DNA from: Parcubacteria group bacterium | Lineage (GTDB): Bacteria > Patescibacteriota > Minisyncoccia > Moranbacterales > UBA9337 | Length of the DNA stretch: 64,000 nt | Assembly (NCBI GenBank): GCA_041662245.1 | Contig: JBAZSW010000001.1 | Location: 11,714-75,713, forward strand | Reading direction: 5' to 3' | Part shown: positions 53,184-61,172 of the stretch, piece after piece | Numbering within the stretch: the stretch's first letter is position 1 | Layout of the letters: every line of letters starts with the position of its first letter | Program-made: the position numbers and the translations under genes | Notes under the pieces: generated by a model | Seen by the model: only the letters and a program-made list of their open reading frames with translations | What the model was told of the DNA's origin: nothing | Databases searched by the model: none

Positions 53184-53348
53184 TTGACATAGTTTTATAA
53201 TGATATACAATGGAGATATGAAAAAAGTTTATCAATTAAATCTAAATAATAATAACAATAACCGCCTCGGGCGATTTTGTTTCTAATTATTTCAGATAAA
53301 ATTGATAGATAAAAGAAACCAAGTCGCCTGAAACAAGGTGATTTTTTT
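53184..53348 (+). promoter_or_regulatory. Promoter plus leader-peptide transcription attenuator, copy 2
   Basis: TTGACA-16-TACAAT. Antiterminator GGGCGATTTTGTTTCT/AGAAACCAAGTCGCCT. Terminator at 53322-53348. Confidence 0.75.
53218..53286 (+). CDS. Asn-rich leader peptide MKKVYQLNLNNNNNNRLGRFCF
   Basis: Six consecutive Asn codons, mixed AAT/AAC; ATG sits 7 nt after the -10 box. Confidence 0.72.
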   Translation: MKKVYQLNLNNNNNNRLGRFCF

Positions 53349-53373
53349 GTTCTTAAAAAGTGAGGGAATAATT

Positions 53374-53571
53374 ATGCCAAATGAAACAAATGAGAAATGG
53401 TTGGTGGCTTTTAATGAGAATGGAGAAATTGTATTTTGCGGGCCAGCTAATTCGGAAAAAGTGTACGAGATTAGAACGAAGTTTGTTGTAGTCGAATGGG
53501 AGAAAGAACTTGCTGTTGGTTTTAATAATAAAAGGATATCCTCTCCCTCGAGTGCTGGATTGCCATTCTAG
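53374..53571 (+). CDS. Small hypothetical protein under attenuator 2
   Basis: GAGGG SD; start MPNE; 65 aa. Confidence 0.65.
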   Translation: MPNETNEKWLVAFNENGEIVFCGPANSEKVYEIRTKFVVVEWEKELAVGFNNKRISSPSSAGLPF

Positions 53572-53585
53572 AAAAAAGTTCAAAA

Positions 53586-53616
53586 TACCCGAGATGAAAA
53601 AATTTCATCTCGGGTA
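53586..53616. terminator. Strong hairpin after 53374-53571
   Basis: tacccgagatgaaa / tttcatctcgggta. Confidence 0.7.
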
Positions 53617-53693
53617 AAATGTTTTTTTGAGTATAAAAATAAAAAGATAGAACGATTGCATCCTACCTTTTTTAGAGTAACGCTTGAAATTAG

Positions 53694-53921
53694 TTAAGTC
53701 GAGAGATACTTCAGAAGAGTTGAATTTTCTTCAAACGCTTTGTTGCATTTGGTACATTTCTTGTTGAATCTTCCACCAAAAAGTCTTTCGAAGTTCGCAC
53801 TGTTGCATTGAGGACATTTATTCAATTCAATAAATTTCCAATTTTTTTCTGACGGGGAATCTTGGACATTAATTTTTCCTAGATCTTTGATGGGTAACGT
53901 AACAATTAATTTCGCAACCAT
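53694..53921 (-). CDS. Small Zn-ribbon protein
   Basis: CPQC..CTKC; AGGAG SD. Confidence 0.65.
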   Translation of the reverse strand: MVAKLIVTLPIKDLGKINVQDSPSEKNWKFIELNKCPQCNSANFERLFGGRFNKKCTKCNKAFEENSTLLKYLST

Positions 53922-53949
53922 ATTAATTACTCCTATTAGATGAAAGATT

Positions 53950-54141
53950 TTAGTTTAGGGATTTTCCGCAATCAGGACAAAATAAATGTTTTCCTTCAAG
54001 CTTGTAACCAAGATGGAGATAAAGACATCTATGGTTTGTCCGTAAATTTGGGTTAACTATTTTTCCGCAACTGGTGCAATGTCTGCTACATGGAAAAGCT
54101 CTGATACAGTCTAAACATTTTTTTGTAGTTTTTTCTTCCAT
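53950..54141 (-). CDS. Small Cys/His-rich Zn-finger protein
   Basis: CLDC, CSRHCTSC and CPDCG; GAGG SD. Confidence 0.65.
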   Translation of the reverse strand: MEEKTTKKCLDCIRAFPCSRHCTSCGKIVNPNLRTNHRCLYLHLGYKLEGKHLFCPDCGKSLN

Positions 54142-54264
54142 AAAGAACCTCTCTGTAGTGAGAATGACTTTGGAATAAAATTATTTAATATAGAACTTTT
54201 TATAGTATAATAATAAAAATAAATAAAAAGCAAGCTCTTTAGGCTTGCTCATAAAAGACTTAGA

Positions 54265-54519
54265 CTAGAAAGGCATTTTCAGATCTCCCGATTTCATTTC
54301 TTTTTGCATTTTCTTTTGGACATTTTGCATAGCGCTATTTATGGATTTGAGAATATTTTTTTCTAAGTCGCTAGAAGTACGAGCTTGGTCGCTGATTTGA
54401 ACGCTTAATATTTTCATCGCACCATTAACAGTAACTTTAATTCCTTTGTAATCTTCAGTAGAATTAATGCCATCGAGCATTTTTTTCATCTGGTAAAGTT
54501 GTTTCATTTTGTCTAGCAT
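54265..54519 (-). CDS. YbaB/EbfC family nucleoid-associated protein
   Basis: MKQLYQMKK..IKVTVNGAMKILSVQI..INSAM. Confidence 0.8.
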   Translation of the reverse strand: MLDKMKQLYQMKKMLDGINSTEDYKGIKVTVNGAMKILSVQISDQARTSSDLEKNILKSINSAMQNVQKKMQKEMKSGDLKMPF

Positions 54520-54817
54520 AATGTATATTTTTAAAAATTAAAACATTTTGATTATAGCATTGTTAGCCAATTTTTCAAGGAAAATACCTTAGCCATCAGT
54601 CATCAAGTCAAAAGTCATCGGGTTATCGAAATTAAGTGATGGCTGATTGCTGATGACTTAATATTTTAAAATTTATAAAATCTATGATTGCTAGTTGCCG
54701 ATCACAAGGCACTGGTTACAAATCAATATTTGCATAAGTTAACTTTTTGTGTTACAATTTGTTCTCGGGTAAAATAATGTGCTATAAAAGATATTAAATT
54801 AATTTTAGAAAAAATAT

Positions 54818-56269
54818 ATGGCTAACGATGATGTTGTAATAAGATTTAGTGACGTTTCTTTTGAATATGAAAATGGAAAGAAAATTTTAGATGAAGCTTC
54901 TTTTGCTCTTAGAAGAGGGATGAAAGTGGCTCTCATGGGACAAAATGGAGCAGGCAAAACCAGTCTTTTTAATTTAATAATGGGGGTTAATAAACCTTCT
55001 AGCGGAAATATTTTTATCAAAGAAGGACAAACCATTGCTTGTTCTCAACAAGTGCTTCCTAGGGAGCAACTTAAACTAAAAATAAGAGAATTTTTTGCTC
55101 TTTATTTTAAGGGGGAAGATTATGAATTGGATAAAAAAATAAAAGAAGTAATGGAAGCAGTTAATGTTGCTTTGCCAATGGATAAGCCCTTAAGCGCTTT
55201 TTCTGGCGGTCAGCAGGCGAGACTCTTGATGGCTTCGGCTTTAATTCAAAATCCAGATATTTTAATGTTGGATGAGCCAACTAATAATTTGGATTATGAT
55301 GGAATTGGACATTTGATGACATTTTTGATGGCTTATGAAAAAACTTGTATCGTAATTTCTCATGATGCGGACTTTCTCAATATGTTTACAGATGGAGTAA
55401 TCTATTTGGATATTTTCAAGCACAAAATTGATCAATTTGTGGGGGATTATTATGTAGTAGTGGAAGAAATTAAGGCTCAGATAGAAAAAGAAATCAGAAA
55501 GAATGCTCAATATGAAAAAAGAATTCGAGACAATAAAGAGAAGATGAATTATTTTGCCAATAAAGGAGGTAAGATGCGTATTATCGCTAAAAAAATGCGC
55601 GATGAAATAGAACAAATGGAAGAGGATAAGGTAGATGTGCGCAGGGAAGATAAAACTATTCGCAAATTTACTATCCCTGCTCAACCGGACGTAGTGGGGA
55701 ATATAATTACGATTACATCTGTGTCAGTAATGAAGAATCATCAACCAATAGAAAAAAAAGTAGAAATAATTTTAAAGAAAAAGGAACATCTTCTTTTGAA
55801 AGGTCCTAATGGAATTGGAAAAACTACTTTATTGGAGAGATTGGCAAAAAATGATACCAAAGGAGCTAGAATCTTGGAAGGAATCAGGGTGGGCTATTAT
55901 CGTCAAGATTTTTCTACTTTAGATTTTGAAGAAACTGTATATAATACTTTGATGAATGCTATGCAAAAACAAGAGGAAGAAAAAATGCGCAGTGTAGCCA
56001 GCGGTTTTCTTATCGGAAATAGTATAATGTATTCTAAAATTGGCAGTCTTTCAGAGGGACAAAAGGGATTAGTAGCTTTTGCGCAGTTAGTCCTTCAGGA
56101 ACCGGGACTTTTAATTTTGGATGAACCAACTAATCATATTAACTTTCGTCATATTCCTATAATTGCCCAAGCACTTAAAAGCTATCAAGGAGCAATGATT
56201 GTCGTAAGCCATGTGGATGAATTTGTCAGTCAAATTGGGATTAATGAAGAACTGGATCTGGCCAAATAA
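54818..56269 (+). CDS. ABC-F family ATPase
   Basis: Two ABC domains (GQNGAGKT, GPNGIGKT; LDEPTN twice), helical linker, no TM. Confidence 0.92.
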   Translation: MANDDVVIRFSDVSFEYENGKKILDEASFALRRGMKVALMGQNGAGKTSLFNLIMGVNKPSSGNIFIKEGQTIACSQQVLPREQLKLKIREFFALYFKGEDYELDKKIKEVMEAVNVALPMDKPLSAFSGGQQARLLMASALIQNPDILMLDEPTNNLDYDGIGHLMTFLMAYEKTCIVISHDADFLNMFTDGVIYLDIFKHKIDQFVGDYYVVVEEIKAQIEKEIRKNAQYEKRIRDNKEKMNYFANKGGKMRIIAKKMRDEIEQMEEDKVDVRREDKTIRKFTIPAQPDVVGNIITITSVSVMKNHQPIEKKVEIILKKKEHLLLKGPNGIGKTTLLERLAKNDTKGARILEGIRVGYYRQDFSTLDFEETVYNTLMNAMQKQEEEKMRSVASGFLIGNSIMYSKIGSLSEGQKGLVAFAQLVLQEPGLLILDEPTNHINFRHIPIIAQALKSYQGAMIVVSHVDEFVSQIGINEELDLAK

Positions 56270-56429
56270 TTTTGAATTTCTAATTTTGAATGAATTTTTA
56301 ATTGATTAATGTTTCAATTAAATATTAGCTAGAGGATGAGGCACATTTATAAATCTATATTAAGGCTTTATTTTAAATTATTTAAAAATTCGAAATTTAA
56401 AATTCGAAATTAAACTTGAATAGTGTTTT

Positions 56430-57743
56430 ATGTTAGATAATAAAATAAAATTACAGTTAAAAAAACTTCCCGCCACCCCTGGTATTTACATCTTTAAAAA
56501 TAAAGCTGGAGAGATTATTTATGTGGGCAAAGCAACTAGCTTAAAAAATAGGGTGGGTTCGTATTTCTTAAATAAAAATAGGCAGGAATTTGTGCGACCG
56601 ATTGAGAGAATGATTGTGCAAGTAGGAAAAATAAAAACGATTGAAACTGAAACTGTTTTAGAGGCTTTGATTTTGGAAGCTAATCTTATCAAAAAATATC
56701 AGCCTAAGTATAATGTAGACGGCAAAGATGACAAGTCTTTTGCTTATTTTGTCATTACAAAGGAGGACTTTCCAAGAGTATTAATATTAAGGGAAACTGA
56801 TTTGCAAAAAAGTCATCAGTCATCAGTAACTAGTCATCAGAAAAATAAAAATCAAGAAGTGGATAAAAAAATACAAGCTACTAGTTACAAGCTACTAGCT
56901 ACTAACATATTCGGTCCTTACACTTCTGCTGTCCAGATGCAAATTGCTCTAAAAATTATTCGTAAAATTTTTCCTTTTCATAGTCGAAATGAAAAAAGTG
57001 AGAAGGGATGTCTTGAATTTCAAATTGGACTTTGCCCTGGGCCTTATGATGGAGCAATTTCCAAAATTGATTACCGAAAAAACATAAAAAGTATCAAAAT
57101 GATATTGGCGGGAAAGAAAAAGAATCTTTTAAAATCATTAGAGAGAGAAATGCAAAAGTATTCCCAAGAGGAAAAATTTGAAAAAGCTCAAGAAACAAAA
57201 AATAAAATTTTTGCCCTAAGACATATTCAAGAAATTGCCCTTTTGGGCAGTGAAAATAAACCCAATATCTCGAAAAATTTAAGAATAGAAGCGTATGATA
57301 TTTCTAATATTTCAGGTGAATTTGCAGTGGGTTCAATGGTGGTTTTTGAAGGTGAAAAATCAAACAAATCTCAGTATCGAAAATTTAAAATTAAAACTGT
57401 TATCGGCTCAAATGATACCGCGATGATGCAAGAAGTTCTTTTGCGAAGGCTGAAAAATAATTGGAAATTGCCAAATCTAATAATTCTTGATGGAGGAAGA
57501 GGGCATTTGAATATGGGGATAAAAATCTTAGGAGAAAATGGCTTCAATATTCCTATTGTTGGAGTAGCCAAGGGGGTAGAAAGAAAAAAAATAGAAGTGG
57601 TGGGTGAAGATAATATCAAAAATAAAAAAATAAAAGCTATTCTGGCGGATAAAAAATTATTAAAAAGAATCACTGATGAAGCTCATCGCTTTGCTATTAC
57701 TTATCATAAAAAAATTAGAGATAAGGAGCTGGTGTTTAAATAG
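56430..57743 (+). CDS. uvrC: Excinuclease ABC subunit C (short form, no C-terminal HhH)
   Basis: GIY-YIG (PGIY..YVGKA), UVR, RIEAYDIS, LDGG and DEAHRFAI motifs. Confidence 0.93.
   Translation: MLDNKIKLQLKKLPATPGIYIFKNKAGEIIYVGKATSLKNRVGSYFLNKNRQEFVRPIERMIVQVGKIKTIETETVLEALILEANLIKKYQPKYNVDGKDDKSFAYFVITKEDFPRVLILRETDLQKSHQSSVTSHQKNKNQEVDKKIQATSYKLLATNIFGPYTSAVQMQIALKIIRKIFPFHSRNEKSEKGCLEFQIGLCPGPYDGAISKIDYRKNIKSIKMILAGKKKNLLKSLEREMQKYSQEEKFEKAQETKNKIFALRHIQEIALLGSENKPNISKNLRIEAYDISNISGEFAVGSMVVFEGEKSNKSQYRKFKIKTVIGSNDTAMMQEVLLRRLKNNWKLPNLIILDGGRGHLNMGIKILGENGFNIPIVGVAKGVERKKIEVVGEDNIKNKKIKAILADKKLLKRITDEAHRFAITYHKKIRDKELVFK
56811..56906 (+). repeat. Heptamer tandem repeats inserted in frame in uvrC
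   Basis: (agtcatc)2 agtaact agtcatc ... agctact agttaca (agctact)2. Confidence 0.8.
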
Positions 57744-57870
57744 AGGCTAAATTTATCTGTTTTGTATATAAAAAACCAGTATTTAAGCCAAAAGAAGCCA
57801 TTTTCGTTTGACAAAATGGCTTTTTGGGTGCACAATGTCGAGTTAGTACATTAAAATGAAAAATTGTAAA

Positions 57871-57979
57871 TTTGTCATAGCAGAAAGGATTCTACTTATA
57901 ATGTTTAGGGTTTCAATTTCCCATTAATGATCCAGTCCCTCTTCAGATATGATGCAAGAATTTTTTCTGCTATGGCAAA
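57871..57979 (+). ncRNA. Rod-like structured leader RNA candidate
   Basis: 23-bp stem 57871-57893/57957-57979 whose only non-Watson-Crick pairs are G-U; promoter TTGACA-17-CACAAT at 57808-57836. Confidence 0.5.
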
Positions 57980-58050
57980 ATCGCGATAGTGAGACTTAAG
58001 AAAGCAGTAAAAATAATTTTATTTGGCACAAGTGCCAAAAGGAGGAAAAT

Positions 58051-58755
58051 ATGGCTACTTATTCAGAAGAACAGATATATAAATTGATGGAAAGTCTGGA
58101 AGTGAAGAACGTAACATCTGATGAAGTTGAAAAGCTCATCCAACTTAATGATTATGTAGGATTATGCGGAGTTCTCAATGGCACGCATAAGATCGTGCCA
58201 GTTGATAATGCAATAGGACAGGAAAGTTTAAAAGTTTATCTCCGCGATCTGTTGTATCCGGATGAGACTATAGAGCTTGGACCAGATGATGGCACCCGAA
58301 TGCTGTTTGATGCTAAGGATTCGTTTGAGGCTGGCACAGAATTTGGATTTGTGAATTGGAAGAAGCATTCTGAAAAGTACAAGATTAGGGTTCGGGTTAC
58401 TGAAATATTTGAGGATGGCACGTTTCCCCAGATATTCGGTTCGTTGTTTCGCGCTTCTCCTGATGAGTTTAAAGGTTTTAGGGAGTTCGTCAAGGAGCAT
58501 CGTCAAGATTTGCGAAAATTCTGTGTAGGGCAAGGCCAAATCGAAGAGTTTGCGACAAGGTATCACGATAAACTCAGGAGAGATGACTGCGGCACATTTT
58601 TTCTACTTGAAAATGAAGATGAGGGCGAGTTTGTCGTTGTTGACTTACGCCTTCTTCCAAGTGCTATGCTTGGGGTGGACATGATTAGACTTGGCTTTTC
58701 TCGCGTTTGGAATGCCAGGTTTCTCCATCGTCTGGTGCTTCCACAAGTGGAATAA
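58051..58755 (+). CDS. Hypothetical protein (C-terminal VWNA...RLVLPQ motif)
   Basis: AAGGAGG SD, higher GC than its flanks, terminator at 58775-58818. Confidence 0.75.
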   Translation: MATYSEEQIYKLMESLEVKNVTSDEVEKLIQLNDYVGLCGVLNGTHKIVPVDNAIGQESLKVYLRDLLYPDETIELGPDDGTRMLFDAKDSFEAGTEFGFVNWKKHSEKYKIRVRVTEIFEDGTFPQIFGSLFRASPDEFKGFREFVKEHRQDLRKFCVGQGQIEEFATRYHDKLRRDDCGTFFLLENEDEGEFVVVDLRLLPSAMLGVDMIRLGFSRVWNARFLHRLVLPQVE

Positions 58756-58935
58756 CCCAAAGATTTTGCGTTTTAATCCCTTTGATTCTTTATTATTTTG
58801 AATCAAGGGGATTTTTTTGTACAACAACACGATCTCGGAAAAACTAACACAGACGAGGCGATACTTCGTTTGTATATTATGTTACGCTAAGATAAAAACT
58901 CTTGACAAAAACTGATGATTTGCTACTTTAAACTA

Positions 58936-59086
58936 CTAGTTTAGAATTGAAAAAAGCTTAAAAAATTCTATCTGTAGTTTGAAAATAGGTATCCTCCTTA
59001 ATTCCTATGAGTAAATAAAAAGTATCCGATTTCTATCTATTAGAAAGAGGATATGCTCTACAGATAGAGTTTCTTGGGCTTTTTTT
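58936..59086 (+). ncRNA. Stand-alone structured small RNA candidate
   Basis: TTGACA and TGnTACTTT promoter; ~28-bp closing stem 58950-58977/59058-59085; inner stem gtatcctc/gaggatat; ends in a U-run. Confidence 0.55.
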
Positions 59087-59284
59087 AACACTACAAATTA
59101 CAAATCTGGTACAAATATACGAATTGAGGAATTTAAGATTTTAGGAATTTGAGAAGCTAGGATCTGAAGATTGCTATGTTGTTTTAATGCTTTTATGTTT
59201 ATTTGTTTCAATGATTAGTGTTAACATCCATCATTTTATATGCTATTATATCAATAATAAAGCTAACTCTAATCTTAAAATAAT

Positions 59285-60343
59285 ATGCAAATAAAAAATC
59301 TCAATGTTTATTTTTTTATTTTGATTTTACTGGGTATCACAGGGATAACGTACTTTTTATTCCAACCATTTTTGTCTGCTATTATAATGGCAGCTGTGAT
59401 AGCTGTTACTTTTCATGCACCCTATCAATATTTGTTAAAGAAAATCAAACACCCCCATGTCAGCTCTCTGCTGACTTGTCTTTTGGTTTTATTTGTAATT
59501 GTTTTGCCAGTATTTTTGATAATGGGTCTTATGTCCAGCGAAATCAATGACGCTTATCAAAAAATAGTATCTGAGGATAATTTCTATCAAAATCATGTTG
59601 TCAACTATTTGGATGTTTTTAAAAATTCTAAATTTTCCAAGGCAATTAATTTAAATAATTTTTTTGATCAAAATCAAATAAATAAATCAGTAGAACAAAT
59701 CAGCAGTGGATTTCTATCTCTTCTTCAGACAGTCTATCAAAATGTGGTAGGGTTAGTTATCTGGATTTTTGTGATGTTTTTTACTTTGTATTATTTTTTG
59801 GTAGAAAACAAAACTATTATAAAAAAGATAATGTATCTCAGTCCTCTTAAAGACGAATATGAGGTGGCTTTAACGGATAATTTTTCTTCAATGGTGGCGG
59901 CAACCTTGAAAGGGACACTGGTCGTGGGAGTAGTTCAGGGTATTTTAGGGGGATTAATGTTTGCTGTTGCAGGTATTCCATCTTTTATAATTTGGGGAAT
60001 TGTTATGATACTTTTTTCTGTTATCCCTGCAGTCGGGTCAGGATTAATATGGGTACCAATGGGAATTATTATGTTATTTGGAGGGCATATTTGGCAAGGA
60101 ATTTTTATTTTTATATTTGGAAGTTTAGTTATTTCTACTATTGATAATATTTTAAGAACGAAATTGGTTGGTAGGGATACAGCTATCCACCCTCTCTTAG
60201 TTTTCTTTGCTACCTTAGGAGGCATTATGTCTTTTGGAATATTAGGTTTTATAATTGGTCCTGTAATTATGGCGCTTTTTCTGACTCTTTGGGATATTTA
60301 TGGAAAGGAATTCGGCGTCCAATTAAAGAAATATAATGCTTGA
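59285..60343 (+). CDS. AI-2E family transporter (YdiK-like)
   Basis: IPAVGSGLIWVP, DNILR and GFIIGP motifs. Confidence 0.9.
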   Translation: MQIKNLNVYFFILILLGITGITYFLFQPFLSAIIMAAVIAVTFHAPYQYLLKKIKHPHVSSLLTCLLVLFVIVLPVFLIMGLMSSEINDAYQKIVSEDNFYQNHVVNYLDVFKNSKFSKAINLNNFFDQNQINKSVEQISSGFLSLLQTVYQNVVGLVIWIFVMFFTLYYFLVENKTIIKKIMYLSPLKDEYEVALTDNFSSMVAATLKGTLVVGVVQGILGGLMFAVAGIPSFIIWGIVMILFSVIPAVGSGLIWVPMGIIMLFGGHIWQGIFIFIFGSLVISTIDNILRTKLVGRDTAIHPLLVFFATLGGIMSFGILGFIIGPVIMALFLTLWDIYGKEFGVQLKKYNA

Positions 60344-61172
60344 GCTTTACCAAAATTTACCCGAAAAATTAAATCCGGTATTTTTTTCTGTGGGATCTTT
60401 TTCGATCTATTGGTATTCAATAATGTATTTAGTGGGTTTTGCGGTAGTTAGCGGGTTATTGTATTGGCGAGTTTATAAAAAAGAAACGAATATTATTTGG
60501 GATGATATTTTTGATTTATTGCTAAGCTCTTTTTTGGGAGCAATTATTGGAGGAAGGATTGGCTACGTTATCTTCTATAATTTTATATACTTTTTGACTA
60601 ATCCAATAGAAATAATATTCCCTTTTGCCGAAAATGGGCAGTTTACCGGAATTTATGGAATGAGTTATCATGGAGGAGTACTGGGATTTATTTTGGTAGC
60701 TTATTTCTTTTGCAAGAAGCGAAAAATAAATTTTTGGAAAATAACCGATTTTATTTTACCAGCTATACCTGCAGGATATTTTTTTGGACGAGTGGGCAAT
60801 TTTTTAAATGGAGAGTTATATGGGAGATCGACTACATATCCATGGGGGATGAATTTTGGCGATGGATTTTTGCGTCATCCTTCACAATTGTATGAAGCTT
60901 TTTTTGAGGGAATCTTTCTCTTTGTAATCTTGTGGCTACTACGAAATAAAATGGATAAAAAAAACGGAATGATTACAGGATTGTATGTTTTTGGTTATGG
61001 AACGATAAGATTTATTATTGAGTTTTTCCGCGAGCCGGATATTCAAGTTGGTTTATTTTTTAATCTTTTGACGATGGGACAAATGCTTTGTTTGATTATG
61101 ATAGGAGTGGGGATATATTTGGTAATTAAAAATTTAGATAATATAGGAATATGGAAAACAAGAAAAAATTAA
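60336..61172 (+). CDS. lgt: Prolipoprotein diacylglyceryl transferase
   Basis: GGRIGY, GMSYHGG, GRVGNFLNGELYGR, RHPSQLYEA and EFFREPD motifs. Confidence 0.96.
   Translation: MLELYQNLPEKLNPVFFSVGSFSIYWYSIMYLVGFAVVSGLLYWRVYKKETNIIWDDIFDLLLSSFLGAIIGGRIGYVIFYNFIYFLTNPIEIIFPFAENGQFTGIYGMSYHGGVLGFILVAYFFCKKRKINFWKITDFILPAIPAGYFFGRVGNFLNGELYGRSTTYPWGMNFGDGFLRHPSQLYEAFFEGIFLFVILWLLRNKMDKKNGMITGLYVFGYGTIRFIIEFFREPDIQVGLFFNLLTMGQMLCLIMIGVGIYLVIKNLDNIGIWKTRKN

Noticed and set aside
52694-53348. CRISPR array, T-box or known riboswitch as explanation of the duplicated leader
   Set aside because: Only two long copies with no spacer pattern; no T-box UGGNACC bulge or recognisable aptamer consensus.
58820-58890. 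Possible DGR template repeat (AAC-rich start)
   Set aside because: No alignment to the 3' end of 58051-58755 and no reverse transcriptase in the window.
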